This document shows, in pieces, positions 21,901-36,900 of a DNA stretch of 64,000 bases. The DNA is from an uncultured Christensenella sp. GTDB lineage: Bacteria; Bacillota; Clostridia; Christensenellales; UBA1242. The stretch is from NCBI GenBank assembly GCA_949282135.1, contig CASDOR010000029.1, positions 9,685-73,684 on the forward strand. The letters are read 5' to 3'. Each line of letters opens with the position of its first letter. The first letter of the stretch is position 1. The notes beneath the pieces are model-generated. The model was given only the letters and a program-made list of their open reading frames with translations, searched no databases and was not told where the DNA came from. The translations under genes and the position numbers were made by a program.

Positions 21901-24900
21901 TAAAGTCTTTGAAGAAACTTGCTACTTCTTCACCAATATCCTTACCAGATGGAGCAGAATCTCCAAATAAGGTTTCAAAGAGTGCAATCAAAGATGCATT
22001 ATATTGACAGTCCTCTATTGTAGCCCCTTCAAGGAAACCTACAATACCACCAGCAAATGAACGAACTAAATAACCGAGTAAACTAGCATTTGAGGTACAA
22101 TTTTTTATATAAACGTTTCCTCTACTCTTATTAGAAACGAGACCAACTATACCTCCACTAAATGTAGCAAGATTTGAACCAACTTTTCCTGTCGAAGTAG
22201 CATTTTCAATTACAATGTGATCAATGTTTCTACTAGTGTTTTCTACCATAGCATAACCTACAATACCACCAGCAATTGAATGAGTTAACCCTGCTGCAAT
22301 ATTTGCTATAAGTGTTGGATCTAATCCATATTGAGAACCAACCAGATCACTAAATATATCTTTTATTGTATTAAATGAACTTTCACCCACTACTCTTGCA
22401 GAACCGCTAACATCTACCTTTATCGCTCCAATGCCAGAAATTATTCCACTACTTGTAACATTAGTTATACGAACTGATGTACTATCACTAATACCTTTAT
22501 TCAAAATTTCGCCAACAATTCCGCCCGCTGAGTAGTTTGAAGTTATGTTTGCACTATTTGAAATAGAACTTCCTTCACCAGTCTCTGTCTTTCCATTTAG
22601 TTCACCATATATCATTCTACCAACAATACCACCGGCAACACTATATCCATCGTTTGCAAATCCTATGTAGCCAACATACTCAAAGAAGTGGTCTAAGTTA
22701 ACACCTCCATATTGGCCACTGCCTTCCCATCCTCCAATTAATTCCTTAAATTGTGGACTTAATAAATCGCTCCAAAGTTTGCCAGAATCCCACATATCTG
22801 CAAGATAGTCACCAACTTCAGCGAAGACCTCATCAAATCCATTTTCATCAAAGTTTTCATATGAATATGCTACAGGGTCGCCAATAAGGGCAGTAATATT
22901 AGAGCCCTCTTTTGCTGTACAATTAGTTATTGTACCGCCTCTCATTCTACCAATTATTCCACCAACAACACCTTCTTGTGCTGTCTTAAGTAAGAGCACC
23001 CCTGTAATATGACAATTATCAATTATTAAACTGTCCTTACTATATACATCTCCGACAATTCCACCAACATAAATTGTGTACAATCCACCTAAACTATGTG
23101 GATAGAGGTTTATTGCTGCTGTGTACTCACCTCCACCAAAGTTAGAGTTTCTAATTATTCCTGACCCCATAACACCAGCAATACCACCCAAATAAATTTC
23201 TGTTATATAAATAGTTTCGGATGTGTCTCCTCTATCCTCATAACTTGGGACATCTGAACCAGTACTAAGGTTTTTAACAATTGTTTGCATTTGGGACCCA
23301 TCTTCAGTTCCTGCTTCCCAATTCAAGTATCCTATTCTAACACCTCTAGCTTCACTAAAATCATTATGAATACTATAAGTACAATCTTCAATATTTCCAC
23401 CATCTAACATACCAGCAATACCACCAGCAGAATACATAGAGTAAATAGAAATATCTCTTGATGATCCTTGCCCCATAACAATTCCCTTAATTCTTGATTG
23501 ACCGCCTCCTATGTAACCTGCAATACCACCAACATACGAGAAAGTTTGCACTCTTTGAGAAGCCTTTAAACTTGTCGCAACTGTCATTTTCTGAATATCA
23601 ATCTCTCCCGCAACATCAGAAGATACAATACTATCTATTGCATCACTAGTAATCGTACCTCCATTCATAATTCCGACAATACCACCAGTATAACTTATTT
23701 CATTTAATCTCTTGCTTAAATCAATTTTAGTACCATCAGATTCTGAAACTTCGTTATAAACCATAACAGTAAGCCCATTTATGACTATGTCCGTTATGAC
23801 CCCTCCGTTCATAATTCCGACAAGCCCACCCGCAAATGTTGTCTTTTTGCTATCTCGATCAGAATAGATATCATTATTTGGAATGTAATCACTTTCGGTT
23901 ATAGGATCTGAATTACCCACTAAGACTTTCATATTTATTGATGTGAGAACTTCTTCTAAAATCTCATATTGAGGTTCTAATTGAGAATTTTCACCATCAT
24001 CTTTACAGAACAATTTATAATCTTCTTTGCTTAGTAATTGAAGTATATTTCCATTATAGACATAACTTGCACCGCCTCGACCCTCATCTGTTACTGTTAT
24101 ATTACTTATCGTTCCACCGCCGACATATCCAGCAATGAGCCCAGTTTTTGAGTAATTGCCCCTATTAAATGTAATATTTTTAACTACTACCTCTTGCGCT
24201 TCTTTGTTATTTATTATGAGGTTTTCGGTGTTAGGAATTGCCCTGACTAGTCCATATGTTGCGAACATATTGGAAACATCCTTATTATCTCCATCTAGAT
24301 TTCCATAAAATATTGCATTTATCTTATCCCAATTTTCAGACCAATATGTACCTTTTTGGTATTTAATAAGATTTATATCTCTAGTGAAAATGTAATATCT
24401 ATATACAGGAGTTGCTTCACGGCAATTTTCAACAACTAACATATCAAGAAGTCCGCCATGTTTAATACTGTATGGCATATCTTCAAAACCACCTGCTTCC
24501 GTAGCTGTTTTAAGACGAGGAGGATTTTCTCCCCTAACGTTGTTAATGTCTCTAAGACCACTACCAGTATAAAGCATATCAAAATACTTTTTCGTATTTG
24601 CAGCCTCGTCTTCGCCGACAAAGATATTTTGCATATCCTTAGTCAAATATCCAAAGTTAAACCAAGTTGTATCAATAATTAAACTATCATTTTGACTTAC
24701 TCTAGCATAATTATTAGTAAGTTCAAATTGATTTGAAACTCCAATCCATGAAGTTTGAAGTATATCAAGCATTGTTACACTTTCACCTATATTTGGATCA
24801 CTTATATTATCTAAACTTAAATCACCAGAATAAGTTGTCGTCCAAACATAAATACCATCACGTGAAATGAAAGAAACATTATCGGCAGTAGTACTTAGTA

Positions 24901-27900
24901 TGTCATCAATCCTCTTACCTTCATTACTTCCAAGATAAGCAACATAATCATAATATGTTCTATACAAATTTTGCTTAGTTTCTGCTTCACCTGCCTCATG
25001 TCCAACAACTGGGTAAACTTTACTTAAACTCCCCTCATCTTCTGGAGCATCAATATCTGCCATAGTATATGAGTTTGAGATAACTCCATATGTACTTCTA
25101 AATGCAAGCCCTGTATAAACACTATTTTCTGATGAACCAGAAGCATTAATTGAACCTGTATAATAAGAATCGTAAATATTTCCAATATAACTATCATTTT
25201 GTCCGTTATAAAGCACAAGCCCTGCTGCACCATCACTTGTTATGTTTGCCAAGCTAAATACTCTATTTAATACTCCATAGTTGTTAGAAACCACTGAGCT
25301 TACAGATTGTGGCGTCCTAACACTATTTAAAATATCTCCACTCACACCACATGAGAAAACAAAGCCATAGTTAACTCTTGATATAGCTGAGAAATTGTTA
25401 TCAACACGAGTATCTCCATCCACCGTAACTAGCACTCCAACAACTGCCGACCCCTCAGTAATCGTATCAAATATAGGCAATGTTACTCCATTTGAAACAA
25501 CACTTATGCTATGTCCTTCAGCATTGAGCACCCAATTTGTATAGTTAGTAGAATAAATAGATGCACTTAAATTTAAATCATCACTTAAAATGTAATATGT
25601 GGAATTTGTCAAACTTCCGCCGGAGCTATATTCAATAGGATTTAACTTACTACCTGACGTAAATGAATCATTTTCAAGATAAGTACTATATAAAGATGAA
25701 TAAGAATCTTCAACCTCAAGCACAGTCTCAAGTCTTAAGATCTCACCTCCGTCATTGTAAGTAAACATATTAAATATTTTTGTAAACTGTGTACCAAGTT
25801 CACGTTGTGAAATGGCAGAGAAACTATCTACTCCTGTGCTTACAATTGTAATTCCGCCTATGTTCCCTCCAGAGACACTTGTTCTATTACTATTTGATAC
25901 AAGAGAAATGTTTTCATTAAAGTAGACTTTTGCCATATCTCCATTATATGTAATTGATGTAATGTCACCACCTATAACACTGTGAATCCTTGCGTCAAGT
26001 TTTTGTGCTATAGCATAGTCGCGAATAGTAGAAGCAACTAGAACAAGTTCATCAGCTCTTCCGCTTACTGTAAAGGAGCTAAGTATCTGACCTACAAGTC
26101 CACCGACATAATAACTTCCATTTTCTATGTAGAAATATGAATTACTACTACCTGTTCCTCGTTTTAAAGTTATGTCAGATAAAATTATTACATTTACAAC
26201 AGAAAGAACCTCAACTGTACCAACCGCACCACCAACAAACATTGAACTCTCTTGATTAACTATGATATCTACTGTTGAAATTGCTTGCTCTAAAGACAAA
26301 CTCACACCACTTGCAAGTATCCCACCTACATATAAAATATCATTTTCATAATAAGTTAGCCCATCTTTTTCAATAAGATTCTTAACAACTTCTAATTTTT
26401 CCGCATCACTTACAACATTAATAAGTCTTAAATCTGAAGTTGACTGAGCAATTATACCTCCAAGATACAACCTATTATATACTGTTGCATCAACTTTAAT
26501 GCTTATATTTGAATATATGTTTTCAATTGTAGCAGTAGAATTTTCACCAAAAACACCACCGACACTTGGATTTGAACTTTCATCATTTAAGTGTACAAGT
26601 ATTCCTCCGTTAGAAACTCCACCTACAATAGAATTCGAGTTGTCTGGAGTCACGCCAGATTGCCTAATATAAATATCATTTGTTACAGCCTGATTTTTAG
26701 CAATAACACCAGCTATTGATTGTCTACCTTTGATATATGTCTCAATTGACAAATCATAAACATAAACACTTTCAATAGAACCTACTGAAGTAGAACTTCC
26801 AACACTCTGATATCTTCCATGATTACCAGAAACACCTCCAACATATGCACCACTTGCTCCGCTTGAAGAATTGCTTACGTATATATATGGATCTTGTCTT
26901 TCTCCTTGAGGTTCTCCACCTACAAGAATGCTACCACCATCTATGTAAATGTTCTCCATTTGTCCCTGATAATAACCTGCAATGAGACCAAGATATAGTG
27001 AACTTATATCTCTTACCACAGTTGTCATGCCCGTAAACTCTGATTGAAGATTGATATAAGATTGAGAAGATGCATTTCTAATATATCCCTTACCAAATCC
27101 AACTACAGAACCCACATAAACATTACTATTACTACCTGAATATAAAAGTGAGATATTTACATTTGCACCACTATTCTCAATTGTCGCTGTACTATCGCCT
27201 GTAGAAGCTACTAGCCCACCAAAAGTCGAAGCATTTGTCTTTATTTCACCTTCATTTTTAACCTCAACAGTGTATCCTGTGCCAGTAGACTCAACAAAGC
27301 GACTGCCATTCGTTAAATCAAGGGTAAATGTGAACGACCCAGAAATTTCTATACCATCAATTACATACTCTGCTAACTTTAGGTAAGAAACATTACTTAC
27401 TTTTTCTACAACGTTTGAATCATTGTAACTTAATCCTTGTGAAACATTAAATGTTATGCCTTCCATACTTGGGCTATATGTTCTACTTGAAGAATACCTA
27501 GAAACATTACTTGTTAAACTAGAATAAACATTGACATTAGTCATTGTCATATTCTCAGCATTACCTACAAGAACAGATGCTCTTGTATCTCCAACTAAAC
27601 TATTAGAGAACCTTACATCGTAATTTGAAATTACAAAGTTAAGATTAGAAATTGAGCCCCCACTTACATTTTCAAACAATGCATAAGTAGAATTTTCCAC
27701 ATTTGTATTATTAAAGTTAAGATTAAAGAGTATTGGGTACCTTGTATAAGTACCAGTACCATCAGTATACGTGACTGCATTACCAATTAATCTACCACTA
27801 AAAGTTGAAGTAATTGGTGAAAGATCTGTAATCCCACTAAAGTCAATGTCATTCATAACTAAATAAGTCATCTCAGCATTATTTCTTGTTGACAACTCTT

Positions 27901-30900
27901 CCATAAATTGTTCAGCAGTGTATATAAGTACAACAGAAGAATTATAACCATAGTTATGAAGTGGCAACAAATCACTTGACTCAAATTTCCATGTTGTAGT
28001 TGGCCAGTTGATTCGACTAAAATAGGCATCCCTAAGTGTATTATATTCCTCAAATCTACTTGCATCTATTGCTATATTTTCATCAATAGCAACGTTTGAT
28101 CCACCAAAGTAAATTCTGTAGTCTTGAGGCTCTATTCTATTGGTAGTAGAACCTGATAGATATTGAGCAAGATATGAATCATAATACCTATTAGTTGTAC
28201 TATCTATTTCAGAACCCCAAAGTCTAATATAAGTGACATCTCTATCAGCAGTACCATTAGCATCTGGGTCACTATAAGTTGGAATAAATTTACCCTCGTC
28301 ATTTTGTGCAGGCCCTATCATAAATGTATCATTTATCCCTAGTGTTTTTATATAACTATTGGTATAGTCCTTAAGGATATAACTTTGAATATAAATATCA
28401 GCCCCTTGATCAATTCTCACAATTCCTGTTGAACGATCACTCTTTTCATTTTGATAATATCCATAAAGCCCACCGATCCTAGCAGGATGAGCGACATCAA
28501 AAGCATAAAGTGCATTAAAATCACTTGTTGTATACATATTAAGCCCAACTATGTTGCTAAGTAACAAAGTCTTATCTCCATTTATAGCATCACTAAAATA
28601 CCCTTCATCTGCATTATCAAAGATTCTACCAATAATGCCACCAATGTACACATCTTCGCTTGCATTTAAGTTTGCCATAAGTCCTGCTGTTGTATAGACA
28701 TTTCTTATTTCGCCAATGTAACTAGCTCCGACAATACCTCCAACACCTATTGAGCCAGTATTTTTTACATCAACCCTATTATAACTATCAACAATACTTC
28801 CGGACCCACTTACATCTGTGCCAGCATTAATACCTGCAATACCTCCAATATACCTTGGAGCATATTCTTCTACGTTTGCAGAAAACAAATTTTCAGTTAC
28901 ATTTTCATCTCTAGTATAACTAGATCCTACTGCGTAGTGAACTAGGTATTTGTCCTCTTCTTTCATTGTCTCTACGTCATATGATACATAGGACTTTGCA
29001 ATCATACCAAAGTTAACACCAGCAATACCACCTGCAACTTGCTTTCCAGAAATTGCACTACCACCATCAACAATAAACTCTGATCTACTAAGATATGTCT
29101 GATCACCAATAAAACCAAACATACCACCAACATAATCTGACAAAATACTCACACTTGTGGAATAATTACCAGTTGAAATGCTACTGACATTTTGTGTATA
29201 ACTACCCACATGAATATTTGTTACATTTTCCGCATTTAGAACCGCACTACTACCCTCTTCTCTCTCTTGTCCTAGATCAATAATACCCGCAATACCACCT
29301 GCATAGAAAACATCTTTACCTAGGTTATACAATCTTAAATTCTTACCGCTTGTTCCTGATAAAGATATAGGTTCTATTTGTGCCCAAATAGTAAATGACG
29401 ACGTAATAGCAGGAGAAGTTTTTGAATCATTATTAATACCACCCATTACCGAAACGTTAGATTTTATATTTGACACATGATAAATGTCTCCAGAATTACT
29501 TGATGTAACAATTCCAGCAAGAGCTCCAACATAATTGTTTCCAAGAACGACAGAATTGCTTGTTCCGTTCGAAACTAAAGAAATATTAGAAATATTGCTA
29601 TCAACTATAACTCCAGCAAGAGCACCCACACTTGTACTATTACCTGCATTGATTCTAGTAACTCCAAGAGTTAAATTTTTAACACCAGCACTATAAATAT
29701 CTCTAAACAAACCAAAAGCATGACTACCAGCACTTCTATCAGTGAGAGACATGTTGTAAATAGACAAATAGTTTCCGTCAAACACAGCGGTTTCTCCTAT
29801 AATTGACGTGTACTCTACTGAAGTAGAAAGTGGTGTAATACCTGAGAAATTAATATGATTAATAAGTCTTATATTCCCTGTAAATTTTGATGCAATATCA
29901 ACAGTTGTAGAATTATCACTGCTATAAGCTCTAAAAACGTTATTGAATTGCTCAGCACTTGAGATTAAATATGGATTATTGTCGCTTCCAAGTTCATAAT
30001 CTGCCACATAATAGAATCTAGTTGTTGTACTTCCATCTGCATTTAAGGTTGTCCTTGCTATTCTATTTGACAATGCAATAGTATTTGCACTAATAAGCTC
30101 TGGATGTCCACTATTTTCACTACCAAGGCTTATTGCCCAAACGCCGGCAGAATTTGAAGCAGAGTAATTAGCAAAATTCTCAATGCTATAATCAAATGCA
30201 AATCCGTTGAAACTTTCTATACTTGCAAACTGATTTAATCCTGATTCTACGTCTGTATTATCAGCATCAATAACGGCACTATTTGACAACTCAATTGCTC
30301 TTTCTTCGCTTGTATCAAAATCATTTTCAGTTGTCTCTTTTAAGAAATAGCAATTTTCAATCGTCCCTTGCTGAGAAACTTTAACACCAATAACATTTAA
30401 TGCATCAAGTGTAGCCTCAAAAGCACTATGTGTATTTGGGTCAATTCCAATTTTGCTTAATGAATATGACGTGTAAATAGTAGCATTTTCACTCATGTTA
30501 AATACAAAACCACTTGCTGCAACAATATTTGCATCGTTGCCGTTTAGCCTATCTAAGATTCCTAATGTCTTAGCCGCAGTGGAATAACTACCACTTAAAT
30601 TGATATTCGAATAACAATTTTGAATATAATTTGTATTTTCAAAAACAAATCCACTTATAGGTCCATTTGAATACAACCCACCACCAAGTATCCTATTAGG
30701 ATTAGTTGCTTCATTTTGTCCAGCAAACTGCTCTTCCTCAAAGCCAGTGACAAACGAACCATTAATAAAGCCACTGTTATTTACAACAAAACCAGCGGTC
30801 CTAATATTAGTTGTCCCTTGATTGTCATCGTAAACTTCTATTTGCATATTTTTTGCAAAACTTGAGGAAATCGTGCCTGTGTTCTCTGCAACAAATCCAG

Positions 30901-33900
30901 CAACAAGACCTGGACCACTAACATTAATAATAGTACGTGGAGCAACATTTGCAAGATATTCTCTTCTTACAATAGTTGATTCTGAGTTGTCTGTTCTTAA
31001 AACCTCAACACTTTCTCGACCCACACGTGAATTAGTAATTATACCTGTATTTTGTCCTACGAGACCCCCAATATACACATCGTGACTGCCCTTTGTGTTA
31101 AAATTGAGAGTATAACTATAATTAGTTTCTCCTCCAAGAGTAATAACATCACAGTTTGTTATAATACCATTATTGATTCCCGCTATACCACCAAAGTTAA
31201 TTTGAGCGTAGTGAGTTAAATCCATAGCACTATCCTTATTATTTGGAAGTGCAACAATGACATTTTTAACAATATTGTTACTATTTATTGTACTAAAGAG
31301 TCCCATATTAGTTGAATTTGCATAATCCGCATTGCCAACTTCATATTGGAAGCTATTAATAGTAATAACTTTATTATTTCCATCAAAAGATGCAAAGTTT
31401 GCCGTAAGAGGCTTATGTAAATCTATAGACAAGTCATTCATTAAAATGTAATTGCCTGTACCATCATCTTGCTCAATAAGTCTTAAATCCTCTTCGTCAT
31501 AGATAGGAATAAGATCCTCTTCTTCTCCCTCTATAACACTCACGGTAAAGTAAATCTCCTCAACAAATTCTGTACTTGCAAGATCATTTGGAATTAAAAG
31601 CACCCTACCATCTCTATACACATAAGACATTCTGAGAAGCATAGATACACTACCATATGTAATTGCCCCATCAAGATAAATTGTATCGTAATTTACACTA
31701 AATGTTTGATTTTCACCAGAAATCAAACCTAAATCAGTGCCACTAATTGTTATAACACTTGCCTCATCATTACTTGTTGGTAATTGATTAACAACAAAAG
31801 GAAGATAAGGTGCTAAATCAATGGACGTAAGTGTAAAGTATTGTCCACTACCTGCAATACTACCATACCAATAATAAGGCACACGAGATCCTGAACCTGA
31901 AACGTAACGAGAAATCGACTCAGCAATACTACTAAGAGCATCACTTGTTCCAAATCCATTTATCTTAACTCTAAGTGGTCTTGAAGAAGATATATTCATC
32001 TTGACGTCATTATTGTCATCCATACCCTCAATACTTAGACTTTCAATCACCGCATCTACAACAGTAATTTCTTTTACATAACTTTGGGTAGTTTCATAAT
32101 CTTCATAATCAAGCTCGACATTAAGACTAACTACAATCTTATCTCCAACTTGTGCTCTTGGCCCAAGTCTAAGCACACTTCTATCCTTGTAATCTTCAAC
32201 AACAGCATAATCAGCGCTTTGCCCCATATTTTGTCCGTTACTAATGACAGAGTAGCTAATAGAATAATCATGTCCATCGGTTACACTTGCAAAAATATCT
32301 ATCCAGTCAGGGGTTGTAGCATTTTCAGTATTAATTCCAGTGTAAGCAATTATTTCTCTTTCCTCACCCTCATGAGATAATTCAAGGTTAACATTAGGAT
32401 TAGTCATGACATGAAGAGTTTTTACAGCTGTCCTTGTAACATTTATAAGTTCTCCCTCTTCATTTAATGCTTGATACACAACATTAACCGTAATATCAAA
32501 ACTATCCTCCTCACTAAGCGATGATGGAGCAATTGTTCTAACATAAAGCCTACCTAGATTAGGGTAGCCTTGCTCGGAACTAAAGGCATAGGAAATCTCT
32601 CCATTTAAAATTCCGTTTGTCCCTTGAACAACAATCTCAGCATTAGGCATTGACGAAACTAGATTTAGAGACGTACTTCCATCTGAATTAATAGTTGTTG
32701 ATGGCCCATACACATAATAATATTTATTTGGATCAAGGGAATCTTTAACTTTTACCATTTGGACAAAATTCACTGCATTTCCTTGACTTCCAAGAGAAGA
32801 GCTAACACTTACTGATAAAATATTAGAATAGTAAGGTACTAAGTCAATTACTAGCAGCCCACCAAGTCCTGGCACAATACTGTCCGCTTGACTTGGAGAA
32901 TAAGAATAGAAATAAGTTGGAATAGTTTCTTCTCCCTCACCACCTGTCGCCCCTGTAATATTTGAAATCTGCTCTGTATATGCATAATGATTAAGAGACA
33001 ACGGATTTAGAGAAGCTGGACTAATTTTTAATTTAACATCCGCATATTCAGTCTCAAGCACTCCAGCCTCGTCATAAACCATAAGAACATATGTTAAAAC
33101 TTCTTTTTCATCTTTATATTTATCTTTAAGCGAAACTCTAACATTGTAATTGTACCCACCTTGCTTGCCTTGTGGAATTAACGAAATAATAAATGGAGAA
33201 TTTTCATTATCATAACTACTTTCACCTGTTTCTTCGTTTACAATAGTCCTATCTAAATTTACTATGTCTCCACTTGGGGTTTGAAGCTTCATACTTAGTG
33301 CTGGGATTTCTTCGGTCGCAGTTGCAAATAAAGTTACAACAAACTCTTCAGAGCCTTCTCCTTCAAGAATTATCTCACCTTCACTAATTGCAACATCGTA
33401 TGCACTTGCACGTGCATTAAGATAAAATGTCCAGTTATCATCTGTATATCTATATCTTGTGCCACTATTGTCAGTAAATACTACCGACACTGTAACTTCG
33501 TAATACCCTTCTGTAAAGAAAGTTATACCCGTACTAGTAAAATTATAGTACGTTTCTACCTCGTCAATTTCCGTAAATTCATCTATCACACTTGGACTGT
33601 ATTTTACGTCATACTCTACAGTATAGAAATTTGAGGATGGAATTTCATTTTGAGTTAAACTATCAACTAGAAGGTAATTTAAACTAGTCTCTCTATCAAT
33701 TACCACATACATTGGGTTATTCAACTTTGAATCAAAATAAGATGAAGAGTAATTTAGATTAGGAGATAACCACAACTCGTCAAAGTTTTGAACTATAATA
33801 ACATGGACATTAGATTCAACCATACTATTTTCTTTAAGTCTAAAATTAAGATCTATCTCTCCCGTCCTATTAATTATAACTCTACCATCATTCGTAATTG

Positions 33901-36900
33901 TAAGTACGTTGTTAGAATTATCAATTTTACTAACAATTATTTTTACATTTTTAATTCCCTCTGGCAAGGTTGAGACCTCAAAGAGTGAACTTAAATCAAA
34001 CTCTGAATTATATGTGGAATAATTAATAAGTAAAACATTATGTTTCTCATTATTTAAATCATTATATGAATAGTTATAGAAGACATTCCTGTCTAAATTA
34101 GTTGTAAAATCTAAAACGTATTCATCACCATCTTGATTTAATAAAGCCTCACTTCCTGTACCAGTTACGTCTATTGACGTTGGTAAATCACGTAAAAGAT
34201 CACTTCTCTTTACGATTTCTCTTAATTCATAAGCATCTCCATTTAACACATAGGAATTAAATATGATATTTCCATCTACAACTTCAGTACCATAATCATC
34301 ATCTTCATATTTAAGAGAAACAAATGTATCTTTTACACCATCAGCATTTATATCTCCAGCCTTTACTCCCTCTTCGTTTGCATAGGTTAAAATATAATAG
34401 AATTCAACCCTAGTTTGACTTCCCTCACTTACACCAAGAAGTTCGTTAACATTTTGGCTATCTTCTAGTGCGTTAAAAGCTCCTATATAAAATACACTAT
34501 CAACACTTACATTTCCTGCTCCAAATAGTCCTCTAACATTGACACTTTCTTGGGACACAATATTAAATGTAGAGAATACAATAGACGCACTAAGTCCAAC
34601 ATTTTGACCACTAATACCTCCAGCATATACATCCCCTTCACCATAAACATATATGTCACCATAATTTATGTACATGTCGTCAAATTTATCTTGATATCCA
34701 TATGAATACGAATCTTCAATAGTACCATTTGCTATGTTTCCAACAATTCCGCCTACGTTATTTCTACCAACAATAAGGGTGTTGTCTCCGTCTCCAGCTT
34801 GTCTATAACTTTCAACAAATACGCCATCTAGTTTTGCATTATTTGAAGTCGTACTTGAGAAAAGTCCAACCGCACCACCAACATTATCTCTTCCTCTTAC
34901 CTTTATACTTGTGAGAGAATTTAAAATTTGCCCAGATTGAGTATTAATTCCAACAATTCCACCAACATTATCATTTGTTCCATAAAGAGTATTGTTACTA
35001 AAATCAAATCTTCCAATTTGTCCATCAACAGCAACATTTGAAATAAGTCCATTTTGACTTAATCCCGCAACACCACCTATACTTGAATCACTTGAAGTTA
35101 TACTTCCTCCGCTCACATTAATCTCAACATTAACATCTATCCCTTCATTTTGATAAGAGGTAACAAAAATAGTGTCATTTTCGTCAATTTCCTTATTATA
35201 TACACCATAGTATCCATTAATTCTACGAGTGTTCTTACCAACTAAGCCACCCACGTAAGTCGTGTTTGTACTTGTTATAGCCATTTTACCTGTACTATAA
35301 ATATTTGCAATACAATCATCTAAATTAACATCATTTGGAACATTACCTGTATCATACTTCGCAAATATGCCAGTATCAGTATTTACTCCAAAGTACTTTT
35401 GCGCAATAACATCATCAGTTTCATTATTTTTATGTACATCAATACTAAAGTTGTAAATTACACCATTATTTGTGCCAACTAAGCCTCCAATATTTGCTAC
35501 ACTACTAGTACTTACAATAATATTGCTAAATTCGACTGCAACATTCATTACAATACCATTATTAATACCAGCAAGAGCACCTACATTCATTTCAGTAGTC
35601 ACATCTCCCCTAATGTTAATAAGTGAAACATTAAGTTTTAAATCGTAAACAGTTCCATATCTAGAAATAACACCTAGATCATCATAATAATTATCTATAC
35701 TCTCAAACAATCCAACATTACCACTTTCAGTCAAATAACTAAGTTGTAACCCAGAGATTGTATGATTATTTCCATTTAAAACACCATTAAAGCCCTTAAT
35801 TGGTTCCTCCCAATTAGAATTTAAAACAATGTCAGCTACAAGTACATAACTCTTGTCTGGTTCTGCCTCAATATTTTTTAATTCATAACTATTACTAATT
35901 GAATATGCATGAGTTACGCCATCTTCTATAATAATATGTACTACTCTTGACACATCGTAAACATCTTCACTTGTAAAACTATCTTTTGCGATAATTAATA
36001 TGTCAAATTCCCCACTCACATCTTCATTTACATTAAGCGTAAATCTATCCATGGCATTAATTACAATTTCACTAACATTGTTAGAATTACCATATGTAAG
36101 GCCTGCAAGTGTGCTTACATCTCCATCTTCACTACTAAGCCTTACAATAAGATCATCTACTAAAACTTCTTCTGGATTAATGAAAGTCCTAATGTCAACA
36201 CTGCTTCCATTTCTTACTCTAAGTTCATAAGTCTCGTCAGTTTTATCTACAATTGCCTCTGTTCCATTTTTAGATGCTGTAATGTCTATATCTTCTACCT
36301 TTACCGCCCTTCTAATGGTAATTGTGTATGATCTACTTGTCTCAAAACCAAATTCCGACACGACGACAGTAAACGTAATTGTTTCCACGTCTCTTGCGTA
36401 AGTAGGAAGAGAAGCTATTGCACTAAAGTTACTAGTCACAACAACATTGCTTCCGTTTTCATAAGTAACACCTTCTAGATAGTTTATCTTTCCACTTTCT
36501 ACTTCAAATCTAACAGCAGTTGGGTCTTTTGCGACTGTTGCATCACTACCTATTATGCTTACTCCTATTTGAATATTTGCTAAACTCTCATTATCATAAG
36601 ACAAAGAATTTACATCATAGAAAATATTTGCATTAGGTGTTAAAGAAAAACTTTCCATTGGTATATAAACTTGCAAAGTAAATGTTTTAACATATTCAGT
36701 TTGTCCCCATTGATAAAAGTTACCTAATCCAGCACTAAAAGTGTAATATGTAATAGTTGTCGTAATAGACACTTGACCTTCCTTCACACCACTAACTCGT
36801 CCCATGCTTGATACAGTCGCAACTGTGTTGTCACTTGAAGTATAAGACTTACTAATAACCCCTGAAGCATTGGTTTTATAGGTATCTATAATGTTAAACG

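Noticed and set aside
17200-24430. The periodic repeats could be a CRISPR array or a satellite.
   Set aside because: The periodicity exists at the protein level only. The DNA copies are diverged, there is no repeat-spacer structure, and the region lies within one open reading frame. No cas genes are present in the window.
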